Shown piece after piece: positions 61,325-64,000 of a DNA stretch of 64,000 nt. Within the stretch, counting starts at the first letter, position 1. Each line of letters opens with the position of its first letter. The DNA comes from Dipteris shenzhenensis. Taxonomy: Eukaryota. The position numbers and the translations under genes are program-made. Under the pieces are notes generated by a model. The model ran no database searches. It was not told the DNA's origin and worked only from the letters and a program-made list of their open reading frames with translations. The stretch lies in the NCBI GenBank assembly GCA_047967505.1, contig CM106538.1; one strand, 5' to 3'.

Positions 61325-64000
61325 TGTGTAGCCGAGGGGTGACTTCATATGTTGTAGGGATCTTGGAGGAATGCTGATGGAGACTTTACTGCCAACAAGC
61401 AACTTCTTGTGAGAGCTTTGCAAGCACAAGTCTATCACCTGTGTCCCATGGGAAATAAGAGGGGAAGGGGAAGAGAAGAGGGAGGGAAAGAAAGAGAGAG
61501 AAAATGTGAAAGGGAAGGGAAGAGTGGCAATCATGTTATTGCATAACCATGTGGGTTAGCAACAGTGATTATGAGGGTTGTGCGGGGGTAGGTTAGCCAT
61601 AGTGGTTGGCAGTTCAGTCCTCCAAGTAGTTTGAGTCTTCAACGGTCTCTAACCGACACTTGGTTCTTGTATGCATGCTATTACTAGCATTCTATCTCTA
61701 TTCTTTCCATATGTGGTATGAGATCTTGCTCCGAGAATACAGAGTTACGCAGTGTTGTGATCTTCTTATTCGTGTTCTCTGGATTCCTTTAGTAGATGTT
61801 GCGTAGCTGTTTTATTCCTATCTCCCTATAGCATCTACACTGTGTTATGATGCTCTACACATTGGTGATCACGATGAGCATTCTTACTATGCACAAAAGT
61901 AATTCATGTTTTGGCGATTAACTTGCTTCCGATAGGGTGTTTGTAAGCTCATGTCGCCCTCTCCTTGCTGTCACTTTGGAGGCACTTCGCATGGAAGGTG
62001 GCATGCATCGGCATGCACTCAGGCGAAGGTTCAGAAGGAGAGTGTAGTGGTGAGGCGTCACATTTGCGACTTTCAAGATCAGCTCCATCGGATGCAGACA
62101 GATCCCCAACACCCTGCTTTTACGGTTGAGCAAGTGTGGAAATCCCTGTGAAGAATCTCATCCAGTGGTCTTAGCAGCACATTCTGCACTTGCTATCTTT
62201 CCAGTAGGCATGCATGCAAACCTACTCGCAAGGCCCTCCTGATCCTTTGACACCAACAATACGGTTATGACGAAGGAGGAGTGATCCCGAGCATGGAGAC
62301 GTTATGCCTCAAGGTTCTCCAGGTAGAGTTGACCGTCGTCAAGGAACGCCTTGACAATCACTCTCACCACCTAGGTTGTGTTTAAGGCAACAGGTATGGG
62401 TCTCGTTGGATGGACACACTGTGTTGAGTGCATCCTCATCTTTGACAGTGGTTTTGGTTGCTTCACGCAACCTCTTTGGTCAAGGAGTACCATCAAGAGG
62501 AGGAGCACCAAATGTTGGAGGTGCAGCAATGGCGGGTCAAGTCAAGTATGCCAAGTTTTTGGGGAAAAAATCCAATGACCCAGATGCTCATGTCTGACAG
62601 TTTGAAAAGGTGTATGCGGTCAACAACCCGCCACCCATGGTACCACTTCGATAAGAGGCAGTGTTCGAATCAGCCTTGGTAGGCAAGGTGTCAAGGTGGC
62701 TTGTAGAGTATGCGGTGGACCAATTCACTACATGTGATCTCGTCCACACCGCATTCTTGAGACGGTTTCATAAAGAGAAAATGATACTGCAAACTCTGGA
62801 AAGACTATGGATCAGGGAGATCAAGATGTGGAGGATTATGCATCCCAATTCAATTTACTTATGCAATGCATGCCACAAGAGAATTGGTTTACTCAAGAGG
62901 TGCTGAACGACTGCTTCATTTTGAGGTTGTCTCAGGAATTGCGGACAGCATTGGCTTTGGTGGATCAGACACAAACGGGACTCACGACGGGGCACAAGCG
63001 GTGCGAATAGGAGAATCTCTGCATGGCAGGGTGGCCAAGAACCACAAGTCCTCAAAAAGCAAAGCCAAGAAGAAATTGGCAAAATCTAAGAAGTTTGATG
63101 ATAGCGATGAAGATTCGGACGCTGATAGCTCCAAAGAGAACTCTAAAGAAACCAGTACGGAGGAGTTCGACTTGGAAGCGATGAAGAAGAAGACTTGGCA
63201 AGCCTCTAAGGTTGCTCCAGTGGCTTTGGATATGGATCAGTTGTTGTCAAAGGTTTGAAAGGCTTCTAGTACACTCACTACCAGAATCCAAGTCATTCAT
63301 CAGTGGAGTGCACCCTCAATGAGAATTGGTGTGCGATATGCTTGACCAACACCGACAACACAGCAGGCTACCACTACAACAGTCATGGCCAACGAACAAT
63401 TATTCAATAGCAGGATCTGGGGGCATCTTATGTGCAAGAGGAGCAACCCCAATCGTCGTTCCAATGAGGCCATGGTAGCGGTGGTGGCCACGAACACGGG
63501 GTGGTGATCATGGCCAAAATTGACCGAAAACATGCTTGTTCTGCTTGGAAGAAGGCCATTGGCGGAATGAATTGCTTGGACACTCAAGAATGGGATCGGC
63601 AACGAGTAGAGTGGCAAAAGTTTATGGGAAAAATGCTGAGTACCTCCATGGTGCACATTGTGGAGAATGACCCATTGGTATGCCCGGAGATTAGTATTAT
63701 CACCTGTGCGGGTACAAAGCTGCACGGGCCGCGACCACCAAGAAAGGTGGCAAGCTATTGGATTGGTCAATACAGGAGCAAGTACAACTACAAGTCCGAG
63801 ATTTGGTGACGGAGGAGCCACCCTTGATGAAGCTAGCCAAGTCCTAAAAGGCACCCAAAGGATCATGCAAGGTATAGTTTGCAAAGCCGATTGTTCAACC
63901 AAAGTCGGAGATTACACAAGGGAAGTTCAAAGTTCACTTATCGAGGAACGGTCTGAAGGTTGTCAAAGAACCTCCATTGTTGGTGGCTAATCAAGCCAAG
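61325..64000 (+). mobile_element. Gypsy 5' end: LTR (61325-61861), PBS and degraded gag running off the window
   Basis: tgtgtag...ctacaca 7-bp terminal IR; PBS tggtgatcacgatg at 61863; gag KFLGKKSNDPDAHV, FESALVGKVSRWL, QGDQDVEDYASQF, acidic/basic linker. Confidence 0.75.

Overview
Eukaryotic, repeat-rich land-plant nuclear DNA. It has spliceosomal GT-AG introns, long CT/CA microsatellites and nested retrotransposons; a fern or other non-flowering plant is my guess and cannot be proven from the sequence. Two apparently intact host genes are present. One is a three-exon CCCH zinc-finger gene of the AtC3H17/At2g02160 type (1837-9065, about 896 aa). The other is an intronless Pro/His- then Gly-rich protein (48441-49472) with an ABRE/RY-rich promoter. 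The rest is mostly decayed transposons: three Copia remnants (one with both LTRs and an in-frame integrase-RT deletion), several Gypsy gag/pol fragments with LTRs, LINE pieces, CACTA- and Sola-like DNA-transposon fragments, a 468-bp element with a 21-bp target-site duplication, and several tandem arrays and palindromes. The most notable item is a decayed, intron-containing ORF at 18586-21596. It carries the RAG1/Transib-type DDE plus C-x2-C / H-x4-H motif set, and its C-terminal block aligns without gaps to RAG1 H937-E962. It is a candidate RAG1-like transposase family in a plant.
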